Assembly (NCBI GenBank): GCA_902546725.1
Contig: CACCLB010000007.1
Location: forward strand, 35,208-99,207
Length of the DNA stretch: 64,000 nt
Direction of reading: 5' to 3'
From: an uncultured Bacteroidota bacterium
GTDB taxonomy: Bacteria; Bacteroidota; Bacteroidia; Flavobacteriales; Flavobacteriaceae
Below the pieces are notes generated by a model that ran no database searches, was not told where the DNA came from, and saw only the letters and a program-made list of their open reading frames with translations. The number at the start of each line of letters is the position of its first letter. Within the stretch, counting starts at the first letter, position 1. Positions 1-10,127 of this stretch are shown here, in pieces. Position numbers and translations under genes: made by a program.

Positions 1-819
1 ATCGTGTGCAGCCAGAGCTTCAAATTTGTTGTCTGCACTTCTAAATGGAAGTGCTGTAAATTCGGCGATGAAGTTTGCGACTTCATCGGCATAGCCATCG
101 GGGGTATTGATCCCTGTTCCAACGGCTGTTCCACCTAATGCCAATTCAGACAAGTGGTCTAAGGTGTTGTGTAAGGCTTTTAATCCGTGATCCAATTGAG
201 ACACATAACCTGAAAATTCTTGCCCTAAGGTTAGGGGAGTAGCATCCATCAAATGAGTACGTCCTATTTTGACCACATTTTTAAAAGCTTTTGCTTTTTG
301 ATCCAAGGCGGCTCTTAACTTTTGAACTCCGGGGATGGTTGTTTCAACTACCATTTTATAAGCAGCTATATGCATACCCGTTGGAAAAGTATCGTTAGAA
401 GATTGAGATTTATTGACATCGTCATTAGGTGCAAGTGTTTTATCACCTTCGCCTAAAGTGTTCCCTGCAAGCACATGGGCGCGGTTAGCAATAACCTCAT
501 TGACATTCATATTGCTCTGGGTTCCAGAACCGGTTTGCCAGATGACCAATGGAAATTGGTCGTCGTGTTTGCCAGTTAAAATTTCATCACACACTTGAGC
601 GATCAGGTCTCTTTTCGATTGATCCAAAACACCGAGCTTGTGATTGGTATAGGCTGCAGCTTTTTTAAGGTAGGCAAAACCGTAAACGATTTCTAAAGGC
701 ATAGAAGCCGAAGCACCAATTTTAAAGTTTGATCGAGAACGCTCTGTTTGTGCACCCCAATAAACGTCTTTGGATACTTGAACTTCTCCTAATATGTCTT
801 TTTCAATTCGGTATTCCAT
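1..819 (-). CDS. fumC: class II fumarate hydratase, N-terminal 273 codons (3' end lies outside the window)
   Basis: Not in the ORF track because it is cut by the window edge. Minus-strand ATG at 817-819. The translation [28 protein letters not shown]...[16 protein letters not shown]...[16 protein letters not shown]...[18 protein letters not shown] matches the fumarase/aspartase family with FumC-type signatures. Confidence 0.9.
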   Translation of the reverse strand, partial: MEYRIEKDILGEVQVSKDVYWGAQTERSRSNFKIGASASMPLEIVYGFAYLKKAAAYTNHKLGVLDQSKRDLIAQVCDEILTGKHDDQFPLVIWQTGSGTQSNMNVNEVIANRAHVLAGNTLGEGDKTLAPNDDVNKSQSSNDTFPTGMHIAAYKMVVETTIPGVQKLRAALDQKAKAFKNVVKIGRTHLMDATPLTLGQEFSGYVSQLDHGLKALHNTLDHLSELALGGTAVGTGINTPDGYADEVANFIAEFTALPFRSADNKFEALAAHD

Positions 820-963
820 AATCTTGGATTTTACACAAAAATACTAGGTTTGAAAGAAACCCAATTTACAGGCTGAACTTTTTTTTAAAAAAAAGCTATG
901 GAAAATCAAATTCGATTTAAAAAACTAAAAAAAATGATTATTTTTGAAGCATAAAACAACCAC

Positions 964-1143
964 ATGTTTGAATTTGATCAATACCTCGGATTTATTTCTT
1001 TTTTAACCATACTGACCATTGGTTTTTGGTTGATGATATTCTTATTGACTTTCGTCATTCCCTATTGGTTAATAGGCGCTTTAAGAGAGTACCTCAAATA
1101 CGGAAGAAATAAAGGAACAGTAGAGGATAAACAAACAAAATAA
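964..1143 (+). CDS. small hydrophobic protein, 59 aa, hypothetical
   Basis: An ATG-to-TAA ORF just below the 60 aa track cut-off: MFEFDQYLGFISFLTILTIGFWLMIFLLTFVIPYWLIGALREYLKYGRNKGTVEDKQTK. It has two predicted TM helices and is followed directly by a hairpin terminator. Confidence 0.35.
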   Translation: MFEFDQYLGFISFLTILTIGFWLMIFLLTFVIPYWLIGALREYLKYGRNKGTVEDKQTK

Positions 1144-1169
1144 AAAAGGGGCTTTTAAGCCCCTTTTTA
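1144..1169. terminator. bidirectional rho-independent terminator hairpin
   Basis: aaaaGGGGCttttaaGCCCCttttt lies between the convergent small ORF (+) and the TonB-dependent receptor (-). There are A/T tracts on both sides. Confidence 0.6.
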
Positions 1170-1173
1170 GTAT

Positions 1174-3624
1174 CTAAAAGTCAGGTTCTTCTCCTCCGCC
1201 TTCGAAACCGCCTCTGCGATTGTTTCTTCGTCTGTCCATCTTGCGTTCGTTTATACGATAAGTAAATGTAAAGATATAGCTGGGTTGTCTCCACTGGAAT
1301 TCAGTGTAGTTTCTAAAGTCAGCTGTTTCTGTAGTACTTTTTCTTCTGGAAGAATTAAAAATATCGCTTACTCTAAAGGAAAGTGTGGCTTTGTCATTAA
1401 ACAAAGGCTTGTTTAAAGCTCCAGAAAAGCGAACCACTCCTTTGGATTCTGTTTGAGCATTTGCTCTCGGACCAAAGTAAAATCCATTGAGTTGGGTATT
1501 GATTCCAAAAGCAAGAGGAAAACTACTGTTGAATCGCGCAAACCAACTTACAATTTCTCTGTCTAAAGGAACACCCTTATAGGAACCGATGGTTTCCGAA
1601 TTAAAAATATTAAAGTTACCGCTAAGACGAACTCGTCGTTTGGGTGAATAGGTCAAGGTAAACTCTGTACCTGTCCTAATGTTTTCTGAGAGGTTGACCG
1701 TAGTAGATCTAAATTCAGGTAATTCTACTAAAGGGTCTTCACTTACTACAACCAATTCCCCAGTAGTTTCTGTGATACGTTCTATAACTTGAGTTGACTT
1801 TTGATAATAGACCGAACCGTTAAAAGTAAACTTATCCCATCGTTTGAGATATCCCAAATCGAAGAGATTGGAATAGGAGGGATCCAAATCGGGATTTCCC
1901 TGTCTAAAGAAGGTTAAACTGGTAAGTGATCTAAATGGATTAAGCGACCACGATCTTGGACGTCGAATACGGCGACTGTAGCCCAAGGTGATGTTTTCTT
2001 TTTCTGTAAATTCAAAAGAAAAGTTCAGTGTAGGAAACCAATCGGTATAATCTTTTTCTTTGTAGATATTAGCCGTTTTTTGATCAATTTCTATATGGGT
2101 TTTTTCCATTCGAAGTCCCATTAAATAGGAGAACTTGTTTATTTTTTGACCGAATTGGGTATAGGCAGCATTTACATTTTGAGTAAAGCCTAAGAAATTA
2201 GTCAATTGTGTATTGGGAGTTCTTCCGCTATCCAATAAATCAAAAACATTGTAATCGGTTTCTTGGAAGCTAAAGTCTCCTCTATACCCCAATTCAAACT
2301 GAGTGTTTTCATTTACAGGCCAGACGTAATCCAGCTGTAATAAGGTTCTGCTTTGATCTTCAAAAGTGTCAGATTCCTGATTAAAAGTACTGGTGTTTTC
2401 CGCTAAATCGCTTTCATCTTCTCCACTGGATTCAGTTTGAAACTCAATGACCAACTCATGTCCTTTGTCGTCAAATTTTTTGGTAAAATTGGCAGTCAAT
2501 TGTTGGGAATTGTCGATTTCTTCTTCAAATTGATATCGACCAAATTGATCGACTATGACGCCTGCAGCGTTGAGGTTGTCTATTTCGGTGGTGTTGTTAC
2601 TTTCATTATCACTTCTTCTTACAAAACCGCTAACAGTAAGAGAAGTATCGTCATTAAAATAGTATTCAGCTCCGAGGTTAAAAAAGATACTCTTTCGATT
2701 TCGCTCATAGTCTCTGTCTTCATTTACAAAACGAACAGGATTAAAGTTTTCGCTTTCAAAAATTCCCCCTCCTCTAGATTCAGAATCTCTTAAGGATGTC
2801 GTACTGAAAATATTCAGTTTTTTGGTTCGCCAATTGAGGGTTGCATTCCCTCCATAGGTTGTTGGAAATCCGCCGTTAACGATAAAGGAACCGTTAAAAC
2901 CTTCCAACTCTTCTTTTTTTAATATCACATTCAATATACCTGCCGTACCCGAAGCTTCGTAGCGTGCTGAGGGAGAAGTAACGACCTCTACTTTTTCGAT
3001 AGACTCTGCAGGTAGGGATCGTAAGCCTTGTGGTCCCGAAAGACCCACCAAACCTGAGGGTTTTCCGTTGATCAAAATACGAACGTTTTGATTTCCTCTA
3101 AGAGCGACATTGCCTTCTACATCTACGGAAACTGAGGGAACGTTGTCCAACACATCTGCTACCGAACCTCCTCGGACAGTAATGTCTTTACCGACATTGT
3201 AAATCCGTTTATCCAATCGGATTTCCACTTCTGTACGTTCACCGACGAGTTCAACACCATCAAGTGCCTCAGCGGCTATCTCCAATTCAAAATTCCCGAG
3301 ATTTTCATTCGCTCGAATCATCCTATCCTCTAGGACGATTTTATCAAATCCTATGTATTCTATAGTAATATCGTATTTCCCTGGAAAGACTTCCAGGTTA
3401 AATTTCCCTTTGGTATCGGTGATTCCCCCTTGAATTCGGTTGGGAAATCGTTCGTTTACTAAAGAAATTGTCGCGTAATCTAAGGGTTCTTGGGTTTCTT
3501 TGTCAGTTACCATCCCCTCTAACTTAATTTTGGTAAAGTTAGCAGGTCTGCCTCCCTGAGGTCCTTGAGCATAAAGCTCAGGGGTCAATCCAATGAGGAT
3601 TAGTAATAGCAATAGTTTTTTCAT
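1174..3624 (-). CDS. TonB-dependent outer-membrane receptor with an N-terminal carboxypeptidase-regulatory-like domain
   Basis: The ORF has a signal peptide (MKKLLLLLILIGLTPELYAQ), a CarbopepD_reg-like segment (GMVTDKETQEPLDYATISL), a plug, a long beta-barrel and a C-terminal aromatic residue. The track start at 3654 is TTG; I prefer the ATG at 3624. Confidence 0.85.
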   Translation of the reverse strand: MKKLLLLLILIGLTPELYAQGPQGGRPANFTKIKLEGMVTDKETQEPLDYATISLVNERFPNRIQGGITDTKGKFNLEVFPGKYDITIEYIGFDKIVLEDRMIRANENLGNFELEIAAEALDGVELVGERTEVEIRLDKRIYNVGKDITVRGGSVADVLDNVPSVSVDVEGNVALRGNQNVRILINGKPSGLVGLSGPQGLRSLPAESIEKVEVVTSPSARYEASGTAGILNVILKKEELEGFNGSFIVNGGFPTTYGGNATLNWRTKKLNIFSTTSLRDSESRGGGIFESENFNPVRFVNEDRDYERNRKSIFFNLGAEYYFNDDTSLTVSGFVRRSDNESNNTTEIDNLNAAGVIVDQFGRYQFEEEIDNSQQLTANFTKKFDDKGHELVIEFQTESSGEDESDLAENTSTFNQESDTFEDQSRTLLQLDYVWPVNENTQFELGYRGDFSFQETDYNVFDLLDSGRTPNTQLTNFLGFTQNVNAAYTQFGQKINKFSYLMGLRMEKTHIEIDQKTANIYKEKDYTDWFPTLNFSFEFTEKENITLGYSRRIRRPRSWSLNPFRSLTSLTFFRQGNPDLDPSYSNLFDLGYLKRWDKFTFNGSVYYQKSTQVIERITETTGELVVVSEDPLVELPEFRSTTVNLSENIRTGTEFTLTYSPKRRVRLSGNFNIFNSETIGSYKGVPLDREIVSWFARFNSSFPLAFGINTQLNGFYFGPRANAQTESKGVVRFSGALNKPLFNDKATLSFRVSDIFNSSRRKSTTETADFRNYTEFQWRQPSYIFTFTYRINERKMDRRRNNRRGGFEGGGEEPDF

Positions 3625-3665
3625 AGATATTTTAAAACCTTTTGACTGTGTCAAAGGGTATTGGT

Positions 3666-4016
3666 TTAATGCTCAGTCATAAAAGAGATCAAATTCTCTA
3701 ATGGACGAGCAAGTACACCTTTATTGTTTGAAGTAACAATAGGGCGTTCAATGGTTTTCGGGAATTCAACCAAGACTTCTAGAATTTGGTCTTCCGTCAA
3801 TTCATTTCGATTGGGGACAGATTTCCAGTCGGCTTCGTTTTTACGAACAATCTCTCTGGGCTGCAGTCCTATTTGATTTAAAATGGCTTTAAGCTCTGCC
3901 TTTTTTAGGGGCTCATTTAAATAATTGACAATCTTTAGCGTTGCACTCTGATCTTCAAGATATTGGAGTGCCTCTCTTGACTTTCTGCATCTAGGATTGT
4001 GGTAAATAGTGTACAT
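3666..4016 (-). CDS. ArsC/Spx/YffB-family thioredoxin-fold protein
   Basis: 116 aa. The N-terminal IYHNPRCRKSREAL motif and the size are typical of the ArsC family. Confidence 0.75.
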   Translation of the reverse strand: MYTIYHNPRCRKSREALQYLEDQSATLKIVNYLNEPLKKAELKAILNQIGLQPREIVRKNEADWKSVPNRNELTEDQILEVLVEFPKTIERPIVTSNNKGVLARPLENLISFMTEH

Positions 4017-4027
4017 AACTGAAGTGT

Positions 4028-4053
4028 AAAAAAAACTACCCGAAGGTAGTTTT
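4028..4053 (-). terminator. rho-independent terminator after rplT
   Basis: The minus strand reads AAAACTACC-ttcg-GGTAGTTTTTTTT, starting immediately 3' of the rplT stop. Confidence 0.7.
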
Positions 4054-4057
4054 AAAT

Positions 4058-4402
4058 TTATTTGATTTTATCGACAACTGCCTTAAAAGCTTCTGGATGA
4101 TTCATTGCCAGGTCGGCGAGAACTTTCCTGTTCAGTTGGATGTCGTTGGCTTTAACCTTGCCCATAAACTGGCTGTACGACATTCCATTTAAACGGGCTG
4201 CAGCGTTGATACGTGCAATCCACAACGCTCTAAAGTTGCGTTTTTTGGTTTTGCGATCTCTGTAGGCATAGAGCATGGCTTTGTCAACTGCATTTTTAGC
4301 AACAGTCCAAACGTTTTTACGACGTCCGAAATAACCTTTCGCTTGTTTTAAAATTTTCTTTCTTCTAGCCCTAGAGGCTACAGAATTTACTGATCTTGGC
4401 AT
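4058..4402 (-). CDS. rplT: 50S ribosomal protein L20
   Basis: [32 protein letters not shown]... is the canonical L20 sequence. Confidence 0.97.
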   Translation of the reverse strand: MPRSVNSVASRARRKKILKQAKGYFGRRKNVWTVAKNAVDKAMLYAYRDRKTKKRNFRALWIARINAAARLNGMSYSQFMGKVKANDIQLNRKVLADLAMNHPEAFKAVVDKIK

Positions 4403-4480
4403 TTTGATTGATTTTTGAAGGAGGCGGTATTACTACACTTTGATGCCTGACTTCGGGTTAATAATTGTGTGAACCTAAAA

Positions 4481-4678
4481 TTATGTTAAGCGCAATTGCT
4501 CTTTGATGTTGCTTTCATCGCTTTTGTGAACCAAACCACTGTGGGTCAACTTGAGCTTACGTTTTTTTGATTTTTTAGTTAAGATGTGACTCTTAAACGC
4601 GTGCTTACGCTTTATTTTACCACTACCTGTGATTTTAAAACGCTTTTTAGCACTCGATTTTGTTTTCATTTTTGGCAT
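4481..4678 (-). CDS. rpmI: 50S ribosomal protein L35
   Basis: [36 protein letters not shown] is the canonical L35 sequence. Confidence 0.97.
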   Translation of the reverse strand: MPKMKTKSSAKKRFKITGSGKIKRKHAFKSHILTKKSKKRKLKLTHSGLVHKSDESNIKEQLRLT

Positions 4679-4689
4679 GACTCCTCTTT

Positions 4690-5271
4690 TTATTTTTTCT
4701 TTGGAGCGATTAAGATGGTCATCTTTTTCCCTTCCAAAACTGGCATTTGTTCTACTTTTCCTAACTCTTCCAAATCTTGTGCTAAACGAAGCAACAGAAT
4801 TTGACCTTTTTCTTTAAATACGATCGAACGACCTTTAAAGAATACGAAGGCTTTTAACTTAGCACCTTCTTTAAGAAACTTTTCTGCGTGTTTCTTTTTG
4901 AATTCATAGTCGTGTTCGTCTGTGTTGGGCCCGAAGCGAATTTCTTTGATTACGATTTTACTCGTTTTTGCTTTGAGTGCCTTTTCACGTTTTTTTTGCT
5001 CGTATAAAAATTTTTTATATTCTAAGATTTTACAAACTGGAGGCGAAGCTTTGGGTGATATTTCGACCAGGTCTAGCCCGATCTCTTCAGCTAAAGACAA
5101 TGCTTTTCTGAGTGGATATACACCCACTTCAACATTATCACCAACAAGTCTGACCTCTTGAGCAGTAATCTTTTGATTAATGCGGTGGGGGTCAACTTTA
5201 ATTACCCTTCCCGGGCGGTTTGTTCTTCGTCTTCGTATTGCTATGTCTTCTTGTTTTAAATTATACTTCAA
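4690..5271 (-). CDS. infC: translation initiation factor IF-3 (non-AUG start; exact start uncertain)
   Basis: [18 protein letters not shown]...LDLVEISP...PVCKI...[12 protein letters not shown] is the IF-3 sequence. There is no ATG in the N-terminal region. Candidate starts are TTG at 5271, which overlaps the thrS stop, and ATA at 5244. Confidence 0.9.
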   Translation of the reverse strand: MKYNLKQEDIAIRRRRTNRPGRVIKVDPHRINQKITAQEVRLVGDNVEVGVYPLRKALSLAEEIGLDLVEISPKASPPVCKILEYKKFLYEQKKREKALKAKTSKIVIKEIRFGPNTDEHDYEFKKKHAEKFLKEGAKLKAFVFFKGRSIVFKEKGQILLLRLAQDLEELGKVEQMPVLEGKKMTILIAPKKK

Positions 5272-7207
5272 AAGTAGCCTGGCTACTTTTTATCTCACTA
5301 TTCAACTTTTCAACTACTTCTTTCAAACTTAAACTACCTAAATCGCCTTCTGAATGTTTGCGTAAAGATACATTGTCTTCTGTAGCTTCTTTTTCTCCTA
5401 GGATGATCATATAGGGAACTTTGGTCATTTCAGATTCTCGAATCTTTTTCCCAATGGTCTCATTTCGATCATCTAAGAGGGCGCGAATTTCGTGATTTTC
5501 CAAGAAATTTAAAACTTTTTGAGCGTAATTTTTGTGTTTTTCACTTACGCACAAGATATTTACCTGATTCGGCATCAACCAAAGCGGGAAGTTTCCTCCT
5601 GTATGTTCGAGTAAAATCGCGACAAAACGCTCCATGCTTCCAAAAGGTGCACGGTGAATCATCACCGGTCTGTAGAGCTCGTTATCACTGCCTTTGTACT
5701 GCAATTCAAAGCGTTCGGGTAGGTTGTAATCTACCTGTATGGTTCCCAATTGCCACTGGCGACCCAAGGCATCTTTGACCATAAAATCCAATTTAGGTCC
5801 GTAAAAAGCGGCTTCACCCGTTTCGACGATATAGTCCAGATTTTTTTCTTTGGTTGCATTCAATATGGCGGCTTCAGCCAGTTCCCAGTTTTTAGTAGAA
5901 CCGATGTATTTTTCTGGTTTTTCAGGATCGCGGAGGGAAACCTGAGCTGTAAAATCTTCAAAGCCTAAGGAGCTGAAGACATAAAGTACCAAATCGATGA
6001 CTTTTTTAAACTCTTCATCCAATTGTTCTGGCATACAGAAAATATGGGCGTCATCTTGAGTAAATCCACGAACACGAGTCAGTCCATGCAATTCTCCACT
6101 TTGTTCGTAGCGGTAAACTGTACCAAATTCAGCATAGCGTTTAGGAAGGTCGCGGTAACTCCACGGCTTGGCTTTGAATATCTCACAGTGGTGCGGGCAG
6201 TTCATGGGTTTTAATAAAAACTCTTCGCCTTCCGCTGGAGTGTGGATGGGCTGAAAACTATCAGCTCCGTATTTTTCGTAATGTCCAGAGGTCATATAGA
6301 GCTCCTTGTTCCCGATATGGGGAGAAATGACTTGTTCGTAACCGGCTTTAGCTTGAGCTTTTTTCAAAAAATTCTCTAAACGTTCCCTAAGAGCAGCTCC
6401 TTTGGGCAGCCAGAGGGGTAAGCCTTGTCCTACCTTTTGAGAAAAGGTAAACAAATCCAACTCTTTTCCCAGTTTACGATGGTCTCGTTTTTTGGCTTCC
6501 TCAACCCTTTCTAGGTATTCCGTTAGCTCTTTTTGCTTGGGAAAGGAAATTCCGTAAATCCGTGTCAGTTGTTGTTTGGTCTCGTCACCTCGCCAATAAG
6601 CTCCTGCTACATTGGTCAATTTTATCGCTTTGATGACCCCCGTTTGAGGAATATGACCCCCACGGCAAAGGTCCGTAAAGTCGGCATGGTCGCAAAAAGT
6701 AATGGTGCCGTCTTCTAAATTTTCAATCAGTTCAACCTTATAAGGGTTGTTTTCTTTTTTGTAGTAGTCGAGTGCCGCTGCTTTGGAACTGGAGCGCATT
6801 TTAAACTCAAACTTTTGACGGGCAAACTCCAACATTTTCTTTTCAATGGCGATTAGGTCTTTTTCTGTCAAGCTGTGCTCACCAAAATCTGCATCGTAAT
6901 AAAAACCGTTTTCAATTGCAGGACCTATGGTAAGTTTACAGTCTGGATAAAGCGCCAACAAAGCCTGTGCAAGAACGTGGGCTGAGGAATGCCAAAAGGC
7001 GGTTTTTCCCTCTTTGTCGTTCCAGGTAAAGAGCTGAATCTCCCCGTCTTCTTGTAGTGGGGTAGAAGCCTCTACCGTTTGCTTGTTGAATTTGGCAGAG
7101 AGCACATTACGTGCCAGTCCTTCGCTGATGCTTTGAGCAACCTCAAAAGGGGTAGTGCCTTCGAGATAAGAACGGACAGACTGATCTGGAAAACGAATTT
7201 CAATCAT
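5261..7207 (-). CDS. thrS: threonine--tRNA ligase
   Basis: TGS, editing and class II catalytic domains are present ([30 protein letters not shown]). The track start at 7219 is TTG; the ATG at 7207 gives [10 protein letters not shown], a typical ThrRS N-terminus. Confidence 0.96.
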   Translation of the reverse strand: MIEIRFPDQSVRSYLEGTTPFEVAQSISEGLARNVLSAKFNKQTVEASTPLQEDGEIQLFTWNDKEGKTAFWHSSAHVLAQALLALYPDCKLTIGPAIENGFYYDADFGEHSLTEKDLIAIEKKMLEFARQKFEFKMRSSSKAAALDYYKKENNPYKVELIENLEDGTITFCDHADFTDLCRGGHIPQTGVIKAIKLTNVAGAYWRGDETKQQLTRIYGISFPKQKELTEYLERVEEAKKRDHRKLGKELDLFTFSQKVGQGLPLWLPKGAALRERLENFLKKAQAKAGYEQVISPHIGNKELYMTSGHYEKYGADSFQPIHTPAEGEEFLLKPMNCPHHCEIFKAKPWSYRDLPKRYAEFGTVYRYEQSGELHGLTRVRGFTQDDAHIFCMPEQLDEEFKKVIDLVLYVFSSLGFEDFTAQVSLRDPEKPEKYIGSTKNWELAEAAILNATKEKNLDYIVETGEAAFYGPKLDFMVKDALGRQWQLGTIQVDYNLPERFELQYKGSDNELYRPVMIHRAPFGSMERFVAILLEHTGGNFPLWLMPNQVNILCVSEKHKNYAQKVLNFLENHEIRALLDDRNETIGKKIRESEMTKVPYMIILGEKEATEDNVSLRKHSEGDLGSLSLKEVVEKLNSEIKSSQATFEV

Positions 7208-7265
7208 AGTTGGATTCAATGATGCGCAAAGATAAGCGGTCTCCTGCTAGCACGCAATCGATTCT

Positions 7266-7496
7266 TTAAAGTTTTGTTTTACGTTCACCTAAAAGCGCAT
7301 TGACCAGGGTTTTGATGCCCGTAAAACCGTAATAGATGGCAGTCATGAGAAAAATAACTCCTAAGATCAATACAGGTACGTAAAGGGGGTGCCCCTGATT
7401 TTTAAATGCCTGATGAACAACTACGGGGCCTATAAAACAACAGAGCAAAAACAAGCTCATCTTTTTAAGGCCTTTGATCAATAAGGGTTTGTTCAT
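7266..7496 (-). CDS. small membrane protein, 76 aa, hypothetical
   Basis: There are two clear hydrophobic helices. It has an ATG start and is co-directional with thrS. Confidence 0.5.
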   Translation of the reverse strand: MNKPLLIKGLKKMSLFLLCCFIGPVVVHQAFKNQGHPLYVPVLILGVIFLMTAIYYGFTGIKTLVNALLGERKTKL

Positions 7497-7570
7497 CGTG
7501 ATTCTTTCTCAGTCAAAGATAGGGAAGTGGCGTAGAATATAGGGGACCGTTTTTAGTCCGATTGAAAGTT

Positions 7571-8302
7571 TTACTTAACCTTATAAACTAACTTCATAGT
7601 AATGGAGGCGGTTTTGTCTCTGGAGCTGGTATTAAAGGTGCCTCCCCAGGAGTAATTTTCAGTAGAATTTTGACCTGTAATTTGAAAAACACCCATTTTA
7701 GCAGATTGTAAAGCTCCCAACTCTCCATTGTAATAGGCGGCTATTTTTTCTGCTCTGATTCGGGCATCCTCCGTGGCTTTGGAAATCATTTCAATTTTGA
7801 GATCAACCAGTTGGGTATAATAGTATCGGGGGGCCTCCGAATAAAAGTTTACTCCTTGGTTAAGCAGTTCGGTAACCTCTCTGGAGATTTTTTCAATTTT
7901 TTCCACCTCATTGGATTCGATTTGTACGGATTGGGTCAACTCATAGCCCACAAATTCTTTCCCCATAAAATCCCCTTTATGAGAATATTTACTCCTTGTT
8001 TTTTCTCTAAAATTGACTGCACTAAATACCAGACGTTCTTCTGCAACTCCTTTGGAAACTAAGTAGTTTTTGATGATGGTTTTATCGTTTTCCAGATTGA
8101 TGTAGGCTCTTTTTAAATCGTAAAGCTTCGCCATAAAGGCACCGTCCCAAACAATTAAGTCTGAGGTAAAATTTTGTTCTCCTAGACCGGTAACTTGAAT
8201 CTCACCGCTGACTTTAGACCGATCTATATAAGCCTTGCCTAAAAAAATTGAGGAAATAATGATGGCTATACCAAAGATAAGGGCGTTTGTAGGTGTTTTC
8301 AT
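7571..8302 (-). CDS. SIMPL (DUF541) domain-containing protein
   Basis: 243 aa with an N-terminal membrane anchor. The overall pattern resembles the YggE/SIMPL family, but this was recognised by eye only. Confidence 0.55.
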   Translation of the reverse strand: MKTPTNALIFGIAIIISSIFLGKAYIDRSKVSGEIQVTGLGEQNFTSDLIVWDGAFMAKLYDLKRAYINLENDKTIIKNYLVSKGVAEERLVFSAVNFREKTRSKYSHKGDFMGKEFVGYELTQSVQIESNEVEKIEKISREVTELLNQGVNFYSEAPRYYYTQLVDLKIEMISKATEDARIRAEKIAAYYNGELGALQSAKMGVFQITGQNSTENYSWGGTFNTSSRDKTASITMKLVYKVK

Positions 8303-8410
8303 TAGGGTGTTGTTTGAGGTTTACACTAAATTATAAAATAATTGTTTAATTGGATTATGAGTGGGGTATATTTATTTTAGGAAGTTTGATGGTTTGGGAA
8401 AGGTTTTTTA

Positions 8411-8478
8411 TTGGTAACGTTTGGTATATGAAGCGTAGCATCCGAAGGGTGCTATGAATTTATATACAGTGTTGGCAA
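8411..8478 (-). repeat. attC-like imperfect palindrome A (68 bp)
   Basis: In gene orientation it reads TTGCCAAC-actg-TATATAAATTCA-[TAGCACCC ttcg GGATGCTA]-cgcttCATATAC-caaac-GTTACCAA. It begins 6 nt after the stop of the 8485..9939 ORF. Confidence 0.55.
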
Positions 8479-8484
8479 TAGTTT

Positions 8485-9939
8485 TTAGTTCTTTTTAAGG
8501 TCATTTAGTTTTTTATGAGAATCTTCATATCCCAACTCAATGGCTTTTTGATAACTTTTTATAGCATCTTCTATTTGGTTATTTGCCTTATAACCATAAC
8601 CTAAAGAGTCCCACAGGTTTCCTTCGCTAGGATAAAGCTCAATATTCTTTCTAAATAATGCTACAGCCCAATCTTTATGTTCATTGATCATTAATAGAAT
8701 ATTTCCGATTGAATTTAGCAATCTAGAACTTGTAAAATCATCGGAATATTTTTGCTTAAGTAAAGCGATGAGTTCTTCAGGTTTATCGCTATTGTTGTTT
8801 TGCATGAAGCTAACAGTATATGCATAAACATTTTTTTCAATAGGGGTTGGGACATACGTCTCATCCAAGATCATTTTGGCAACTGTATAGGCAATGAATT
8901 CGACCTTTTCGCTATTGGCATTTGTGGCATAAACAATATTGATGTCTTTTTCCGGATACCAAATGAGTGAATGTGAGTATGCACCGTTTGACCCATTATG
9001 AGCAATGCGCTTAGTGGTACGATCTAAAAATTTCACTGACCAGCCATAACCATAGCTTAGCTTACCGCTTGGATAATCTGCATAAGGGGTGGTCATTTTT
9101 TCAAAAGACTCCTTTGATATAATCTTATTTGATTTTAGGGCTTTATACCAAAGAATCATGTCGTTTTGAGTAGAGTTGATCCCTCCATTAGCTTTTAAAT
9201 ACCAACTGATATTACCATCTCTTTGGTATTTTAAAATAGGTGATTCATCTTCTAAAACACCTCGGTTGTAGCTTCTCGAAATTTGTTTTGTGTCCCATTT
9301 TGGTAATAAGTATCCTGTTTGATTCATTTCAGCAGGAATAAAAAAGTACTGATTTAAAAATTTTTCATATTCTAATCCTGAAGCTAATTCTATAATTCTT
9401 CCTAAAATACTGTATCCAGTATTAGAATATTTATATTTTTCTCCTGGGGTAAATAGTAATTTTGTTGCAAAAAGTTTTTCAAAAAAATCTTTTGTAGTAA
9501 TTTTTACAAAGTCCTTTCTTACTGCATCAGGAAAACCAGCCGTATGTGTTAATAACTGATGTATAGTGATGTTTTTTTTGTCGTTTGGAAGGTTGTTGAA
9601 GTATAAGGATATAGGGTCTCTTTCATTTATTTTTCCCATTTCAACTAATTTTAAAATAGCAGTTGCAGTAAACTGTTTGGTGTTAGAGCCAATATCAAAA
9701 ATGGTATTAGGGTTGTTTGTCGATTGGGTGTCTCTATTCGCGATTCCATACCCTTTATTAATGATAATTTCTCCATTTTTAATTACGGCAATTGCACCAG
9801 CAAAACCATTTTCGGTTCCTGTCTCTAAATACGTGTTTATTTTGGAATAAAGTGCCGAGGGTGAAACCTCATTTTGAGCAACAGAAATGCTAATTGATGA
9901 AATGAAGAATAGAAGGGTAAAACTTATTATTGTTTTCAT
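8485..9939 (-). CDS. secreted serine hydrolase of the beta-lactamase/PBP (class C-like) family with a C-terminal TPR region
   Basis: It has a signal peptide, an S-x-x-K motif (GSNTKQFTATAI), a YSNTGY motif, and C-terminal TPR-like repeats (AIKSYQKAIELG). Confidence 0.8.
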   Translation of the reverse strand: MKTIISFTLLFFISSISISVAQNEVSPSALYSKINTYLETGTENGFAGAIAVIKNGEIIINKGYGIANRDTQSTNNPNTIFDIGSNTKQFTATAILKLVEMGKINERDPISLYFNNLPNDKKNITIHQLLTHTAGFPDAVRKDFVKITTKDFFEKLFATKLLFTPGEKYKYSNTGYSILGRIIELASGLEYEKFLNQYFFIPAEMNQTGYLLPKWDTKQISRSYNRGVLEDESPILKYQRDGNISWYLKANGGINSTQNDMILWYKALKSNKIISKESFEKMTTPYADYPSGKLSYGYGWSVKFLDRTTKRIAHNGSNGAYSHSLIWYPEKDINIVYATNANSEKVEFIAYTVAKMILDETYVPTPIEKNVYAYTVSFMQNNNSDKPEELIALLKQKYSDDFTSSRLLNSIGNILLMINEHKDWAVALFRKNIELYPSEGNLWDSLGYGYKANNQIEDAIKSYQKAIELGYEDSHKKLNDLKKN

Positions 9940-9966
9940 GATCTTTATTTACTTGAATTCAAATTA

Positions 9967-10124
9967 TTGCCAACGGTCTATGTATGAGTAGTAGCGCCTG
10001 CCTGCCGCAGGTAGGGATTTATACTCGCTATCCGCCAAAGGCGGATTTACGCTGACCATTGTTTTATGCTTGTACTTTCGTTTAAGAACTTAAACCGCTA
10101 TTTTTTATATACCGTGTTAGGTGC
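9967..10124 (-). repeat. attC-like imperfect palindrome B (158 bp, composite)
   Basis: In gene orientation it reads GCACCTAAC-acgg-TATATAAAAAA ... two TAAATCC+GC-hairpin units (ATCCGCC ttt GGCGGAT; CCTACCTGC g GCAGGCAGG) ... TCATACATA-gacc-GTTGGCAA. It ends 3 nt after the stop of the 10128..11045 ORF. Confidence 0.55.
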
Positions 10125-10127
10125 TGG

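Noticed and set aside
4403-4480. The 78 nt rpmI-rplT spacer could be a ribosomal-protein (L20) autoregulatory leader.
   Set aside because: I could find only a weak, mismatched stem (GAAGGAGGC / GCCTGACTTC). There is no convincing pseudoknot or conserved motif. A covariance-model search would be needed before any claim.
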